NCBI GenBank assembly: GCA_042219045.1
Contig: JBDGQO010000003.1
Span: forward strand, 114,501-178,500
Direction of reading: 5' to 3'
DNA length: 64,000 nt
Origin: Candidatus Bipolaricaulia bacterium
GTDB taxonomy: Bacteria > Bipolaricaulota > Bipolaricaulia > RBG-16-55-9
Positions 45,031 through 54,754 of this stretch are shown here, one piece after another. The notes under the pieces were generated by a model that worked only from the letters and a program-made list of their open reading frames with translations, made no database searches and was not told the origin of the DNA. The translations under genes and the position numbers were made by a program. The stretch's first letter is position 1. Each line of letters begins with the position of its first letter.

Positions 45031-45747
45031 ATGGCGATGTTGGAAACCCGCGAGCTGAGCAAAGATTATCAAGTCGGCCAGGAGACGATCCACGCGCTGC
45101 GCGGCGTCGACTTCCAAGCGCATGCGGGCGAGTTCGTCGTGATCAACGGCCCGTCCGGCAGCGGCAAGTCGACGTTGCTCAACCTGATCGCCTGCATCGA
45201 TCGGCCGACCTCCGGCGTGGTCTACATTGACAGCCAGCAAACGAACGAGCTGGGCGACTACGAGCTGACCGAGCTGCGCAAGCGGACGATCGGCCTGCTG
45301 TTCCAGACGTTCAACTTGATTCCCGTGCTCAACGTCTACGAGAACGTCGAATACCCGTTGCTGTTGCTCGGGACCGAGCGTTCCGAACGCCGCGACCGCG
45401 TGATGAGCCTGCTGGAGCAAGTCGGCATCGACGACCTGGCGAAACGCCGCCCCGACGAGATCTCCGGAGGCCAACGCCAGCGCGTGGCAATCGCTCGGGC
45501 GCTGGTCGCCGAGCCGAAGCTGGTGCTGGCCGACGAGCCGACCGCCAGCCTCGACTCCCGAACGGGTCATCAGGTCATGGACATCATGACCCGAACCAAG
45601 ACCGAACACCAGGCGGCGTTCGTTGTCGTCACGCACGACCCCATGGTGAGCCAGTTTGCCGAGCGGGTGGTCCACATCCGCGACGGCCAGTTCATCGAAG
45701 GCGAGGGCCAGGACCATGAACCTGCGGCTGCTCATCCCGCTTCGTAA
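45031..45747 (+). CDS. ABC transporter ATPase (LolD/MacB-type)
   Basis: GPSGSGKSTLL, FQTFNL, SGGQRQRVAIARAL, ADEPT. Confidence 0.95.
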   Translation: MAMLETRELSKDYQVGQETIHALRGVDFQAHAGEFVVINGPSGSGKSTLLNLIACIDRPTSGVVYIDSQQTNELGDYELTELRKRTIGLLFQTFNLIPVLNVYENVEYPLLLLGTERSERRDRVMSLLEQVGIDDLAKRRPDEISGGQRQRVAIARALVAEPKLVLADEPTASLDSRTGHQVMDIMTRTKTEHQAAFVVVTHDPMVSQFAERVVHIRDGQFIEGEGQDHEPAAAHPAS

Positions 45748-46933
45748 CCTCTGGCGCAATCGGCGCCGCACGCTGCTCGGCGTCGCCATCATCGCGCTCG
45801 GCACGATGATGAGCTTCGCCGTGCTCGGCTACGTCGACTTCTCCTTGCAGAACATCCGCCAGTCGACCATTGACGAGGAGGGCAACATCCAGATCGCCTC
45901 GCCGCTCTACTGGAACGATGAGACCGAGGATTACGAACACCTGATCCAACCCGATGCGCTGCAGACGCTGACGGAGATTCTCGATAAGCACGAGCGCGTC
46001 ACCGCCTACACGCCCCAATTGTCTGTCTCCGGCCTCGCCTACATCGGGGACGGAACGCGCGTGCTCAACATGAGCGCGACGCGGCCGGGCAACAGCGCTC
46101 TGGACGTCAACGACTTGGTGACTCGCGGCGAAGGGCTCGAAGCCGGCGACGGCGGCTCGGTGCTCATCGGCGAAACCCTGGCGGAGAACCTCGGCTTGAC
46201 ACCGGGAGATGCGTTCCAGGTGAACGCGACGACCGTCAGCGGCCAATACAATCTCTCCCCGCTGCGCGTCAAAGGGATCTTCAGCCTCAACAGCGAGCAG
46301 GCCGAAACGCAGGTCGCCTACGTCCCGCTGAGCTTTGCGCAACAGCTCTTGGACACCGGGGGCGTGGACAAGCTGATCGTGACGACGCCGACCATCCGAG
46401 CGACCGATCCCGTGATGGCCGATCTGCAAAGCGCCATCGACGAGGCCGGCCTCGATCTCAAAGCGCGTCCCTGGTACGAGGTCTCCGACTTCTACGGCCA
46501 GATCAGCACGTTCTTCAACGCGCTCTTCGGGTTTATCACGCTGGCGATGTTCGTGCTCGTGTTCTTCATGATTCTCCAGGTGTTGACGCTGTCGTTTTTG
46601 GAGCGGACGCGCGAGGTGGGCACGATCCGAGCCATCGGGACCCACCGCAGCCAGGTGCTCAGCATGTTCCTCATGGAAAGCGTCTTTCTCGGGATTTTGG
46701 GAAGCATCGCCGGCATCGGACTGGGCTTCGTCGTCGGCGGCGGATTCAATTCGTTGGGCATCGGCTGGACGCCGCCCGGCGCCGTGGAAGCCGTCCCCGT
46801 CCGACTGGAGCTGACGCTGGCGAACGCCTGGCTGCCGGCGCTGCTGACGACCGTCGCCACGATCATCTCGTCGTTCTACCCGTCGATCCATTCGGCCCGG
46901 GTTCAGATCGTCGAGGCGTTGCGGATCGGCTGA
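45716..46933 (+). CDS. ABC transporter permease (LolC/E, FtsX-like)
   Basis: RNLWRNRRRT, large periplasmic domain, ERTREVGTIRAIG, C-terminal TMs. Confidence 0.93.
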   Translation: MNLRLLIPLRNLWRNRRRTLLGVAIIALGTMMSFAVLGYVDFSLQNIRQSTIDEEGNIQIASPLYWNDETEDYEHLIQPDALQTLTEILDKHERVTAYTPQLSVSGLAYIGDGTRVLNMSATRPGNSALDVNDLVTRGEGLEAGDGGSVLIGETLAENLGLTPGDAFQVNATTVSGQYNLSPLRVKGIFSLNSEQAETQVAYVPLSFAQQLLDTGGVDKLIVTTPTIRATDPVMADLQSAIDEAGLDLKARPWYEVSDFYGQISTFFNALFGFITLAMFVLVFFMILQVLTLSFLERTREVGTIRAIGTHRSQVLSMFLMESVFLGILGSIAGIGLGFVVGGGFNSLGIGWTPPGAVEAVPVRLELTLANAWLPALLTTVATIISSFYPSIHSARVQIVEALRIG

Positions 46934-47039
46934 GCGGAGGGTTGTGCTGATCAGCGTTGACGTTCGGTCCATCCAATTGCGGTAACACGGGCCAACGTCA
47001 CGACAAGGAAACGACGGCAATTTTGCGAGGGTCGATCGA

Positions 47040-48257
47040 ATGTTTGTCAAGATCGCGCTGCGCAACCTGAGTCGGAACTCGCGCCGGACCGCCTTCAGCC
47101 TCGGCGTCATCACGCTCGGTGTGGCCATCATGTATCTGGTGTTGGGGTTCACCGGGGAGAGCATCGACTCCACGAAGGAGACCCTGACGAGCACGAGCGG
47201 AGCCGTTCAGATCGCCGATGCGGACCTGTTCAACAATACCGCGACCGACTACGACGAGTATCTCATCGATCCCGAGACGCGCTCACAAGTGGAACAGATG
47301 CTCGCCGAGGATCCGCGTGTGGTCGCCGCGACGCCGCAGCTCGGCTTCTCCGGGCTGATCGGCAACCAGGAAAGCAGCACCCTGCTGATCGGGACGGGCG
47401 TCGTCCCCGGCAACCCGATTCAAGACTATTCCAGCGTCGTCGAGGTCGGGGAACCGCTCTCCAGCTCGGGCGAGGATGACAGCATTCTGATCACCCGCCA
47501 GAGCGCTGAAGACCTCGGCGTCGACGTTGGCGACGTGCTCAACATTGCCACCGGCACCGTCAGCGGCTCCTTCGGCGCCACCAGCGTTACGGTTAGCGGT
47601 CTGGTCCAGATCAATGCAGGCGGGACAAGCCAGGATGTCGGCTACGTCTCGCTGCACAGCGTGCAGTCGTTGCTGGGCACGGACGGCGTCGAACGGATTC
47701 TCGTCAAACTTCGCCAGATCGAACAGGCCGAGGCCTTCGCGCAGGATTTCCAACGGAAGTTGGACGAAGCGGGCATCCCGCTCGACGTGCGCACCTGGAA
47801 GGAACTGAACCCGTTCTATGACTCCATCCGCAGCTTCTGGAACGTCTTCAGCGGCTTCACCGGGGTCGGCGTCTTCGTCTTGGTGTTCTTCAGCGTCCTT
47901 GAAGTGCTCACGATGTCGTTTTTGGAGCGCACCCGGGAGGTCGGCTCCATCCGTGCGATCGGCACACATCGGGCCCAGGTCTTCCGCATGTTTATCACCG
48001 AAGGCGTGGTCATCGGCCTCGTCGGCGGGGTGCTCGGGGTGGCCGCAGGGGTCGGCGCCAGCGCCCTCATCAACGGCGTGGCCCTCACCTGGGAGCCGCC
48101 CGGCGCGGTTGAGCCCGTCCCCCTGCAGATCAAGATCGCGCTGTCGGTCACGGTGATTCCGTTCCTGACGGCGGTCGTGTCGACGATGTTGAGCGCGCTC
48201 TATCCCTCGTGGACCAACGCGCGCCGGCGGATCGTGGAAGCGCTTTCGCACACGTAG
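47040..48257 (+). CDS. ABC transporter permease (LolC/E, FtsX-like), paralog
   Basis: ALRNLSRNSRRT, ERTREVGSIRAIG. Confidence 0.93.
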   Translation: MFVKIALRNLSRNSRRTAFSLGVITLGVAIMYLVLGFTGESIDSTKETLTSTSGAVQIADADLFNNTATDYDEYLIDPETRSQVEQMLAEDPRVVAATPQLGFSGLIGNQESSTLLIGTGVVPGNPIQDYSSVVEVGEPLSSSGEDDSILITRQSAEDLGVDVGDVLNIATGTVSGSFGATSVTVSGLVQINAGGTSQDVGYVSLHSVQSLLGTDGVERILVKLRQIEQAEAFAQDFQRKLDEAGIPLDVRTWKELNPFYDSIRSFWNVFSGFTGVGVFVLVFFSVLEVLTMSFLERTREVGSIRAIGTHRAQVFRMFITEGVVIGLVGGVLGVAAGVGASALINGVALTWEPPGAVEPVPLQIKIALSVTVIPFLTAVVSTMLSALYPSWTNARRRIVEALSHT

Positions 48258-48363
48258 CGAGTCAGGGCGCGGCGTGCCCGATAGCCACAGCGGCCACGCC
48301 TGCGTCGGCCACATAGACGATGATCGATCGGTGGAACCCCGCATGGAAGCTAAAGGAGCTCTG

Positions 48364-49125
48364 ATGCCCATGAAGCGAATCACGGCAGTTGCTGCCGTTG
48401 GACTGATGGCGATCGGATTGGCGGCGTTGGCCCAAAGCGACGTCTCAAACAAGGAGTTGCTGCAAACGATGGATGACGTTCGGTTCGTCGACAGCGACGA
48501 GTACACCATGACGATCGACATTGCCGCCGAACGGCCGGACGAGAGCCGCCAATCGACAGTCAAGCTGTTCTTCAAGACGGTCGACGGCGAAGAGCGCTCC
48601 CGCGTGGAGTTTCTCTCGCCGGAGGACATGGTCGGGCAAGTCTATTTGAACGCCAACGACCAGACCTTCTTCTGGGAACCGGGTCTGGCCACGCCGATCA
48701 ATCTCTCCGGCAATGCCAAGGTCTTCGGCGATGCCACCGTCGTCCAGACCGTCGGCATCGGCCTCGCCGAGGACTATCAGGTCGACACCCGCGAGATGAG
48801 CACGCTCGATGACGGCACGGAGGTGTTGGCGGTTGACACGAGCGCCACGAACGACTCCGTCAGCTTTCCGACGGCGCGCGTCTGGGGCGATCCGGAGACG
48901 CTGAAGCCGCTCAAAATGCGTGTCTTTGCCATGAGTGGCGCCCCGGTCAACGAGGTGACGTTCGAGGAGTACGCGACACTGGGCAGCGAGGATCAGTACG
49001 TCAAGACTCAGGTCATCCAGAGCCTGCTGCAGAGCGCCAATCGGACCCAGCTGACGATTACCGAGATCAATCCGACTGAGCTGTCCGCGGACCTCTTCAA
49101 CCCGGACAAGCTTGGCAGCAACTAG
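48364..49125 (+). CDS. LolA-like lipoprotein-sorting protein
   Basis: Signal peptide; VEFLSP...GQVYL, FFWEP, C-terminal LSADLFNP; AAGGAG SD; typical partner of this ABC type. Confidence 0.8.
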   Translation: MPMKRITAVAAVGLMAIGLAALAQSDVSNKELLQTMDDVRFVDSDEYTMTIDIAAERPDESRQSTVKLFFKTVDGEERSRVEFLSPEDMVGQVYLNANDQTFFWEPGLATPINLSGNAKVFGDATVVQTVGIGLAEDYQVDTREMSTLDDGTEVLAVDTSATNDSVSFPTARVWGDPETLKPLKMRVFAMSGAPVNEVTFEEYATLGSEDQYVKTQVIQSLLQSANRTQLTITEINPTELSADLFNPDKLGSN

Positions 49126-49134
49126 CGAGGCCCG

Positions 49135-50808
49135 ATGTTGCTGGCACAGCGCCGCTGGCTGACAGCGCTGCTCGGGTTGAGCCTGTTGGCGACGACGTTG
49201 ATCGCCTCAATCGAAGGCCGGGCGGACATTCGGCATCGCCCTTCCGGCGAACAGCGAGCTGCGATCGAGACGCGAGCTCTCGACGTCCTGGAAACCGTGG
49301 CGCTCGACGCCGACGAGAGCGAGCCGACGCGGCTCAACGCCGTCCGGGCGCTCCTGGACTTCGGCGACGCCGACGCCGTGCCGACGCTAACGAGAGTTCT
49401 CCTCTCCACCCCCTCTCCGACCGTGCGACGCGCCGTGGCTGACGGGTTGGTCCGTTTCCGCGGGCCTCGCGTCACCGCGGCGCTGCGCACGGCGGCTCGC
49501 AACGACGCAATCGCGCGCATCCGTTGGCGCGCGGGATTGACGCTCATTCGTCGAGGCGTCGAGTATCGGGATCTGTTAGAGCAGTTGCTGGCCGAAGACG
49601 CGACGCTCACGGCCGCTGCCGTCGATCTTCAACAGGCCGAGGTGGTGGCGCATCTTCCCGCCTCCGCTCGTGCGATCGCGCGAGAGGCGCTGCGCCATCG
49701 GCTTGGCGGTCTCGACGCGTTCAACGATGTGGAGCAGGCCGCAATCTTGAAGGCCTTGGGGCAATTGGATGCGGCGAATGCAACATCTCGCATCGTCGAC
49801 GTCCTGGAAGATCGCTCCGAGGACGCCTTCATCCGCGGGGCGGCAGCGTCGGCGTTGGGACGCCTTGAAAGCGAGAAGGCCGTGCCGTCGTTGCTCCAGG
49901 CGCTCAATGCCGGCGAGGTCGGCCTGCAGAGCGCCGTCATCCGAGCGTTGGGACGGATCGGGCCGGCTCGGGCGCAACGCCCTCTGGAACGCCTGTTGGC
50001 GTCCTCGGGCGCCGCGGAGGTGCGCGCGGCGGCTGCCCAGGCGTTGAGCGCCTACGGTTCCGACGCGATCCCACAGCTCGATGAAACACTCGACAATGAC
50101 GGGTCGCTCGACGTGCGCAAAGCGGCGCTCGCTTCCTTGACGGCCATCGGTGGGCCCAAGGCCACGCGGGCCGTGAGCGAGTTTGCTCGCAGCGACTTCC
50201 TGCGGACGTGCGATCCCATGGCCTGCGGCTCGCTGGCGTTCGAGACGTTCGAGGCGCTGGTCGAATTAGGCCGATCTCAAGCGGCGATCGACGGATTCCG
50301 CGCTGCGCTCGACGGACTTCGCCCGAAGTTGCCGCTACTCTTCGCGTTTATGGGCGATGCGCTCATCGACGTCGCAACCGTCATGCTGGATGCTCAGCCG
50401 GACGAGCTGTCACTGTTTATTGACGATGACAACGCCTTTGTCCAAGCGACGGGGCTATTCGCCTGGACCCGCGTGGCGGACGGGGTCGAAGCCCGTGAGG
50501 TCTTCGGGAGGTTTGTCGACCCGAATCAGCCGAGGCTCGTGCGACGGGCGGCCATGGAAGGGCTCGTCGCGCACGCGCTGCCGCGCGATCTGCCCGTCTA
50601 TCTTAAGGGCGTGAGGAGCGACGACGACCTCACGCGCGCGGCGGCCTATGAGGGCTTGGCGCGGATCGGCGGCCTGCGGGCCCTGGAGGCGTTCAAGCAG
50701 GGCCTGGCCGCAGAACGGTCATCGGTTCGCATTCAGGCGGCTGGGGCGGCCTTGGGTTGGGCCAACCTGTACGAGGTGCGAGAGAACTTCACAGATCCCG
50801 TCTTCTAG
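49135..50808 (+). CDS. Exported HEAT/PBS-lyase repeat protein
   Basis: N-terminal hydrophobic segment; repeated VR..AA.ALG..G...AV..L units. Confidence 0.8.
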   Translation: MLLAQRRWLTALLGLSLLATTLIASIEGRADIRHRPSGEQRAAIETRALDVLETVALDADESEPTRLNAVRALLDFGDADAVPTLTRVLLSTPSPTVRRAVADGLVRFRGPRVTAALRTAARNDAIARIRWRAGLTLIRRGVEYRDLLEQLLAEDATLTAAAVDLQQAEVVAHLPASARAIAREALRHRLGGLDAFNDVEQAAILKALGQLDAANATSRIVDVLEDRSEDAFIRGAAASALGRLESEKAVPSLLQALNAGEVGLQSAVIRALGRIGPARAQRPLERLLASSGAAEVRAAAAQALSAYGSDAIPQLDETLDNDGSLDVRKAALASLTAIGGPKATRAVSEFARSDFLRTCDPMACGSLAFETFEALVELGRSQAAIDGFRAALDGLRPKLPLLFAFMGDALIDVATVMLDAQPDELSLFIDDDNAFVQATGLFAWTRVADGVEAREVFGRFVDPNQPRLVRRAAMEGLVAHALPRDLPVYLKGVRSDDDLTRAAAYEGLARIGGLRALEAFKQGLAAERSSVRIQAAGAALGWANLYEVRENFTDPVF

Positions 50809-50855
50809 AAACGCGGAAGTGCCCTGTGGTTGGCCAGCCCGCCCGGCGGCTGAGG

Positions 50856-51401
50856 TTAAGCCTCGTGACACTGTCGACACCGCGCGGTGTAGCTCTCCTT
50901 GCTGCCGACCAGGATCTGAGACTCGCTCTCGATGATGCGCTGCGAGCGAGTCGCCTCTGCCCCACAGCACGTGCAGATGGCGGTGAGCAGCGTGATGTCG
51001 TCGGCCCGGGCCATCAAGTCCGGCATCGGGCCGAATGGCTCGCCACGGTAGTCAAGGTTGAGGCCCGCAATGACCACACGCCGGCCTTCTTCGGCCAAGT
51101 CCGTCACCACGGGGATGATCTCGCCATGGAAAAATTGGCCCTCGTCGATGGCGACGACGCGCGCGCCTTCCTTATGGGCAATTGTGCCGATGTCGGTCGG
51201 GTTGCTCACGGCATGAGTCGGGACCTCGATGCCGTTGTGCGAGATCAGCGACCCTTCCTTGTAACGGGCGCCGTCGAGCGTGTGGTTGAACGCGGCGACC
51301 GGGCACTTGGCGTATTGAGCGCGGTGAATGCGCCGGATCAGTTCCTCGGTCTTGCCGCTGAACATGCAGCCGACGATGATTTCAATGGCGGGTTCGCTCA
51401 T
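50856..51401 (-). CDS. tdk: Thymidine kinase
   Basis: GCMFSGKTEEL, IDEGQF, AIC..CG, YTARCRQC. Confidence 0.95.
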   Translation of the reverse strand: MSEPAIEIIVGCMFSGKTEELIRRIHRAQYAKCPVAAFNHTLDGARYKEGSLISHNGIEVPTHAVSNPTDIGTIAHKEGARVVAIDEGQFFHGEIIPVVTDLAEEGRRVVIAGLNLDYRGEPFGPMPDLMARADDITLLTAICTCCGAEATRSQRIIESESQILVGSKESYTARCRQCHEA

Positions 51402-51585
51402 GCCACGCTATCGTGGCCGATACACGCGTTACGGGTCAAGCACACGTTTCCCCTCTCGAGGACTTGCAGCTCGACTCCCCGAACATCAAGATTGCCATCG
51501 CCCATTGAGACCTCGATCGCGCTATCGGCGGAGCTTTCAAGCTGCGCGGACGCCTCAGTGAGGCCGGTAGCTTGCCATGCAGGGA

Positions 51586-52059
51586 CTAATTGGGGCTGGC
51601 GTCAAATAGGCTCGGTTGATTTTGCTCGCGGGGCCCCGGATGATCGGAGGCGATCTGGTAGCACTGGCGCTCGGTCACGCGCAGCGCAAACGCGTACGTG
51701 CAGCCGCGCCGACGGCAGTAGGCAAACGCCCGGTACGTCCACGGATTCGTGCGAAAATACGGGACGAAATCCAGCCCTCGCTTGTGGCACCAGGGGCAGA
51801 GCATGCCCACAGCCCGGGCCTCGTCCTCAACGACCTTGGGATCCTCGTAGCCCCGGGGCCGCGCCGGATCGTATTGGGGGCTGTAGCCGAGGGCCGTCAG
51901 AATGACGTCGATCAGATATCTCGGATTGTGAGGAAACTTGGGATGACCGCGGAACCAGCGCGCCACCTCCGGCGGCGTCTCCTTGAGCACTTCCTCCAAC
52001 GCGGGCGGCACGCGCTTGGAGCGCTTGGGACGTTCCATTTTCATCCATATTAGCGCCAT
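51586..52059 (-). CDS. Hypothetical zinc-ribbon protein
   Basis: CPWC...C-x4-C; C-terminal QPSLF; start uncertain. Confidence 0.65.
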   Translation of the reverse strand: MALIWMKMERPKRSKRVPPALEEVLKETPPEVARWFRGHPKFPHNPRYLIDVILTALGYSPQYDPARPRGYEDPKVVEDEARAVGMLCPWCHKRGLDFVPYFRTNPWTYRAFAYCRRRGCTYAFALRVTERQCYQIASDHPGPREQNQPSLFDASPN

Positions 52060-52134
52060 GGCGCGCGAGCAACCGTACTCTGTGCCACAGCCAGAGGACG
52101 CATCACGCCCCGATGAATGAGGATTCGAGCGGAC

Positions 52135-52968
52135 TCAAGACCGGGTCATCGCGGAGCCTTGGTGATGCACGTCCAACTGCGGAAAGGGGATCGCGATGCC
52201 AGCCTCGTCGAAGCGCTCCTTGAACGTCCGCTGCGTCTCGAAAAAGACGGGCCACAAATCGTCTGTGGACGTCCACGCACGCACCACCAGATCGACGGAC
52301 GAGTCGGCCAGCTCGCGCACCTCGATGAACGGAGCCGGCTCCTCGAACACGCGCTCGTCTTCGCGCAGGACAGCTTGGACGGTGTCGATGGCGTGACCGA
52401 TGTCGTCGTCGTAGCTGATGCCAAGGACCCACTCGGCCCGTCGGGTGTCGTGGGCCGTATGGTTGATGATCGCGCTGCCCCAGACTTGGCGATTGGGGAT
52501 GACGATCTCCTTGTTGTCCGGGGTCGTCATCGACGTGGCCATGAAGTTTAGAGCGTTGACGGTGCCGCTTTGGCCCGCAACGTTCACGTAGTCGCCGACC
52601 TGGAAGGGCTGGTTGAGCAGGACCATGAGGCCGGCGGCCAAGTTGCTCAACGACTCCTGGAACGCGAAGCCGATGATGAAGCCGGCCACGGCCAATCCGG
52701 CGATCAGCGGCGCGATGTCGATGCCCAGTTGCCCGAGCGCGATCATCGCGACGATCACCCAAAGGCCCTTGCTGAGCGCGCTCGTCAGGAAGTTGGCCAA
52801 CATTTCGCTCATGCGCTCGGAACGCTCCATCATCTGGCGGACGACACGGAGCGCGGCGCCGATTGCGATGCGGCCGGCCAGCAACACCAACAGAAAGACG
52901 ACGAGGTTGACCACGAACGCGGTTCCGTGCGTCGCCAACCAGGCTTGGGCCTCGTTCATCCATTCCAT
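52135..52968 (-). CDS. mscS: Small-conductance mechanosensitive channel
   Basis: GFAFQESLSNLAAG, PFQVGD, IPN, GISY, IPFPQ. Confidence 0.93.
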   Translation of the reverse strand: MEWMNEAQAWLATHGTAFVVNLVVFLLVLLAGRIAIGAALRVVRQMMERSERMSEMLANFLTSALSKGLWVIVAMIALGQLGIDIAPLIAGLAVAGFIIGFAFQESLSNLAAGLMVLLNQPFQVGDYVNVAGQSGTVNALNFMATSMTTPDNKEIVIPNRQVWGSAIINHTAHDTRRAEWVLGISYDDDIGHAIDTVQAVLREDERVFEEPAPFIEVRELADSSVDLVVRAWTSTDDLWPVFFETQRTFKERFDEAGIAIPFPQLDVHHQGSAMTRS

Positions 52969-53086
52969 GTCCGTCAAAACCTCCCGTGCAATTTGGACAG
53001 ACCATGATAACGGAGTTGCAACCTTGCACGCGGGGCCTCGCGCCCAGCCGCTTGCGTGCCACGCTGGGCCGAGGGACCATGGTCAC

Positions 53087-53479
53087 ATGAACGAATCACC
53101 GCACGTTGCTGACCCCATCGTCGTGCTGTTGGCCCATGGCAGTCCCGATCCCGCTTGGCGACGTCCGTTTGTTCGGCTGTGTGAGACTCTCCAGGCCGAG
53201 CATGGCGAGGGGCGGGTCCGCTTGGCGTACATGGAGTTCATCGGGCCCACGGTCGAGGAGACCGTCCGGACGCTCATTGACGAGGGCCAACGACAGATCC
53301 GCGTGTTGCCGCTGTTCATGGCGGCCGGCGGCCACTTCAAAAACGACATCACCCCCATGGTTGAAGACCTTAATCGACAATATCCCGATGTCGCGATCGA
53401 GCTGTTGGCCCCGATCGGCGAACACCCGACGCTGATCGACGCGCTCCGGGAGATCGCCGAAACGTCGCTTCAGTCCTGA
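53087..53479 (+). CDS. CbiX/SirB-type short chelatase
   Basis: LAHGS, AYMEF..P, PLFMAAGGH...DI, PIGEHP. Confidence 0.88.
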   Translation: MNESPHVADPIVVLLAHGSPDPAWRRPFVRLCETLQAEHGEGRVRLAYMEFIGPTVEETVRTLIDEGQRQIRVLPLFMAAGGHFKNDITPMVEDLNRQYPDVAIELLAPIGEHPTLIDALREIAETSLQS

Positions 53480-53528
53480 TTTCAACGGCTCCGTCAGGCA
53501 ATCGGAAGGCGCCGCTCCCAGCCATCTG

Positions 53529-53557
53529 TTGACTTTCCTAGACGTGTATGTTATACA
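53529..53557 (+). promoter_or_regulatory. Putative promoter/operator of the DUF523-DUF1722 gene
   Basis: TTGACT-17bp-TATACA with TG extension; palindrome TGTAT-GTT-ATACA (53545-53557) over the -10. Confidence 0.55.
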
Positions 53558-53599
53558 TAATCAACGCTGGCCGTTCGCAAGTGTTACGAAAGAAACACG

Positions 53600-54562
53600 A
53601 TGGTGCATTCGACCCGAACGAACACACATGTGAGCATCGGCAGCTTCCTCAGCGGGGAGCAAGGCCGCCACGGCGATGGGCCCAAGCATGACCGACGCTT
53701 GACCCAAGACCTGACTGACTACTTTGCTTGGGTGCGCGTCTTCCCAGATGGCGAACTCGGCCTGGGCGCGCCGCGCAAGGCCTCGAGCCCGGTGCATGAC
53801 GCCGTCGGCGCGGGCATGCAGGCCTCGGAGATGGTCCTCGACCGGCCCGACGACATCAGCGAAGACACCCGGCGACGCGTCGAGGCGGGCCGCAGCTCGA
53901 ACCTGCGCGGCTGCATCCTCGAAAAGGATTCGCCGACCTACGGCATGGCGCGCATGAGCGCCGACAACGACCACAATCGTCCCGAGTGCCTCAGCGTCGG
54001 GCCATACGGCCAGTCGCTATTGGCAGAGCATCCGAACCTGCCCATCGACGAGGAAGAGCGCCTCAGCGATCCCGCGCTGCGCGAGAACTTTGTCACCCGA
54101 GTCTTTGCCTACGACCGTTGGGTGCGGCTGCGCAACGCAGGCGCCGGAGCGAGGGACTTGGTGGATTTCCACACCCGTCACAAGACGCTGGTTCTGGCCC
54201 ACCAACCTGCGGCGCTCAAACAGCTCGGGCGGCTCGTCGCGCACGCGGGCCAGGGAGAACTGGCATCGACACTGGACGAATACGAGTCGGCCTTCATGCA
54301 GGCCCTGGCCAACGTCGCTACCAGAAAGCGCCACGTCAACGCGCTCCAGCACCTGGCCGGGTTCTTGAAGCGCTCACTCGACGGCGACGAGAAGTCGGAG
54401 CTGCACGGCGTCATCTCGGACTATGCACGGGGCTGGGTGCCGCTCGTCGCGCCCGTGACGCTGTTGAAACATCATTTGCGGCGACTGGGCCCTCCGTGGG
54501 CGAGCGCCCAGCTCTATCTGGAGCCTTATCCGCAGACGTTGCGCCTGCGCAATCAAATTTAG
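53600..54562 (+). CDS. DUF523-DUF1722 (YbgA/RudS-like) protein with degenerate DUF523 domain
   Basis: ELGLGAPR, LPIDEEERL.DP.LRENF..RVF, LVDFH..HK, NALQH..GF.K, YLEPYP..L.LRN; conserved Cys absent. Confidence 0.85.
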   Translation: MVHSTRTNTHVSIGSFLSGEQGRHGDGPKHDRRLTQDLTDYFAWVRVFPDGELGLGAPRKASSPVHDAVGAGMQASEMVLDRPDDISEDTRRRVEAGRSSNLRGCILEKDSPTYGMARMSADNDHNRPECLSVGPYGQSLLAEHPNLPIDEEERLSDPALRENFVTRVFAYDRWVRLRNAGAGARDLVDFHTRHKTLVLAHQPAALKQLGRLVAHAGQGELASTLDEYESAFMQALANVATRKRHVNALQHLAGFLKRSLDGDEKSELHGVISDYARGWVPLVAPVTLLKHHLRRLGPPWASAQLYLEPYPQTLRLRNQI

Positions 54563-54590
54563 GATCGACCTCCTCCCCACCCCCTGCACA

Positions 54591-54705
54591 CGAGCGGGGG
54601 CCTGGCCCGGCCCCCGCTCGACTCCTCTGCGCCGATCGCGCGGAACGGACCGCGATCCCTGCCCCCACAATGGACGAGAGTCCACCGGCGTTGCTACGAT
54701 GCCGG
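54591..54705. other. Cluster of tandem stem-loops between convergent genes
   Basis: 12-bp perfect stem 54591-54620, 7-bp stem 54634-54657, GAGA-tetraloop hairpin 54671-54684, G-U stem 54685-54705. Confidence 0.6.
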
Positions 54706-54754
54706 AGGCATACGTGTCATGGGCTTGGCAATGCCCGCTGCAAGTTTGCGAGCG

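Noticed and set aside
52978..53599. Cobalamin riboswitch near cbiX
   Set aside because: No B12-box or conserved core motifs, and the spacers are short
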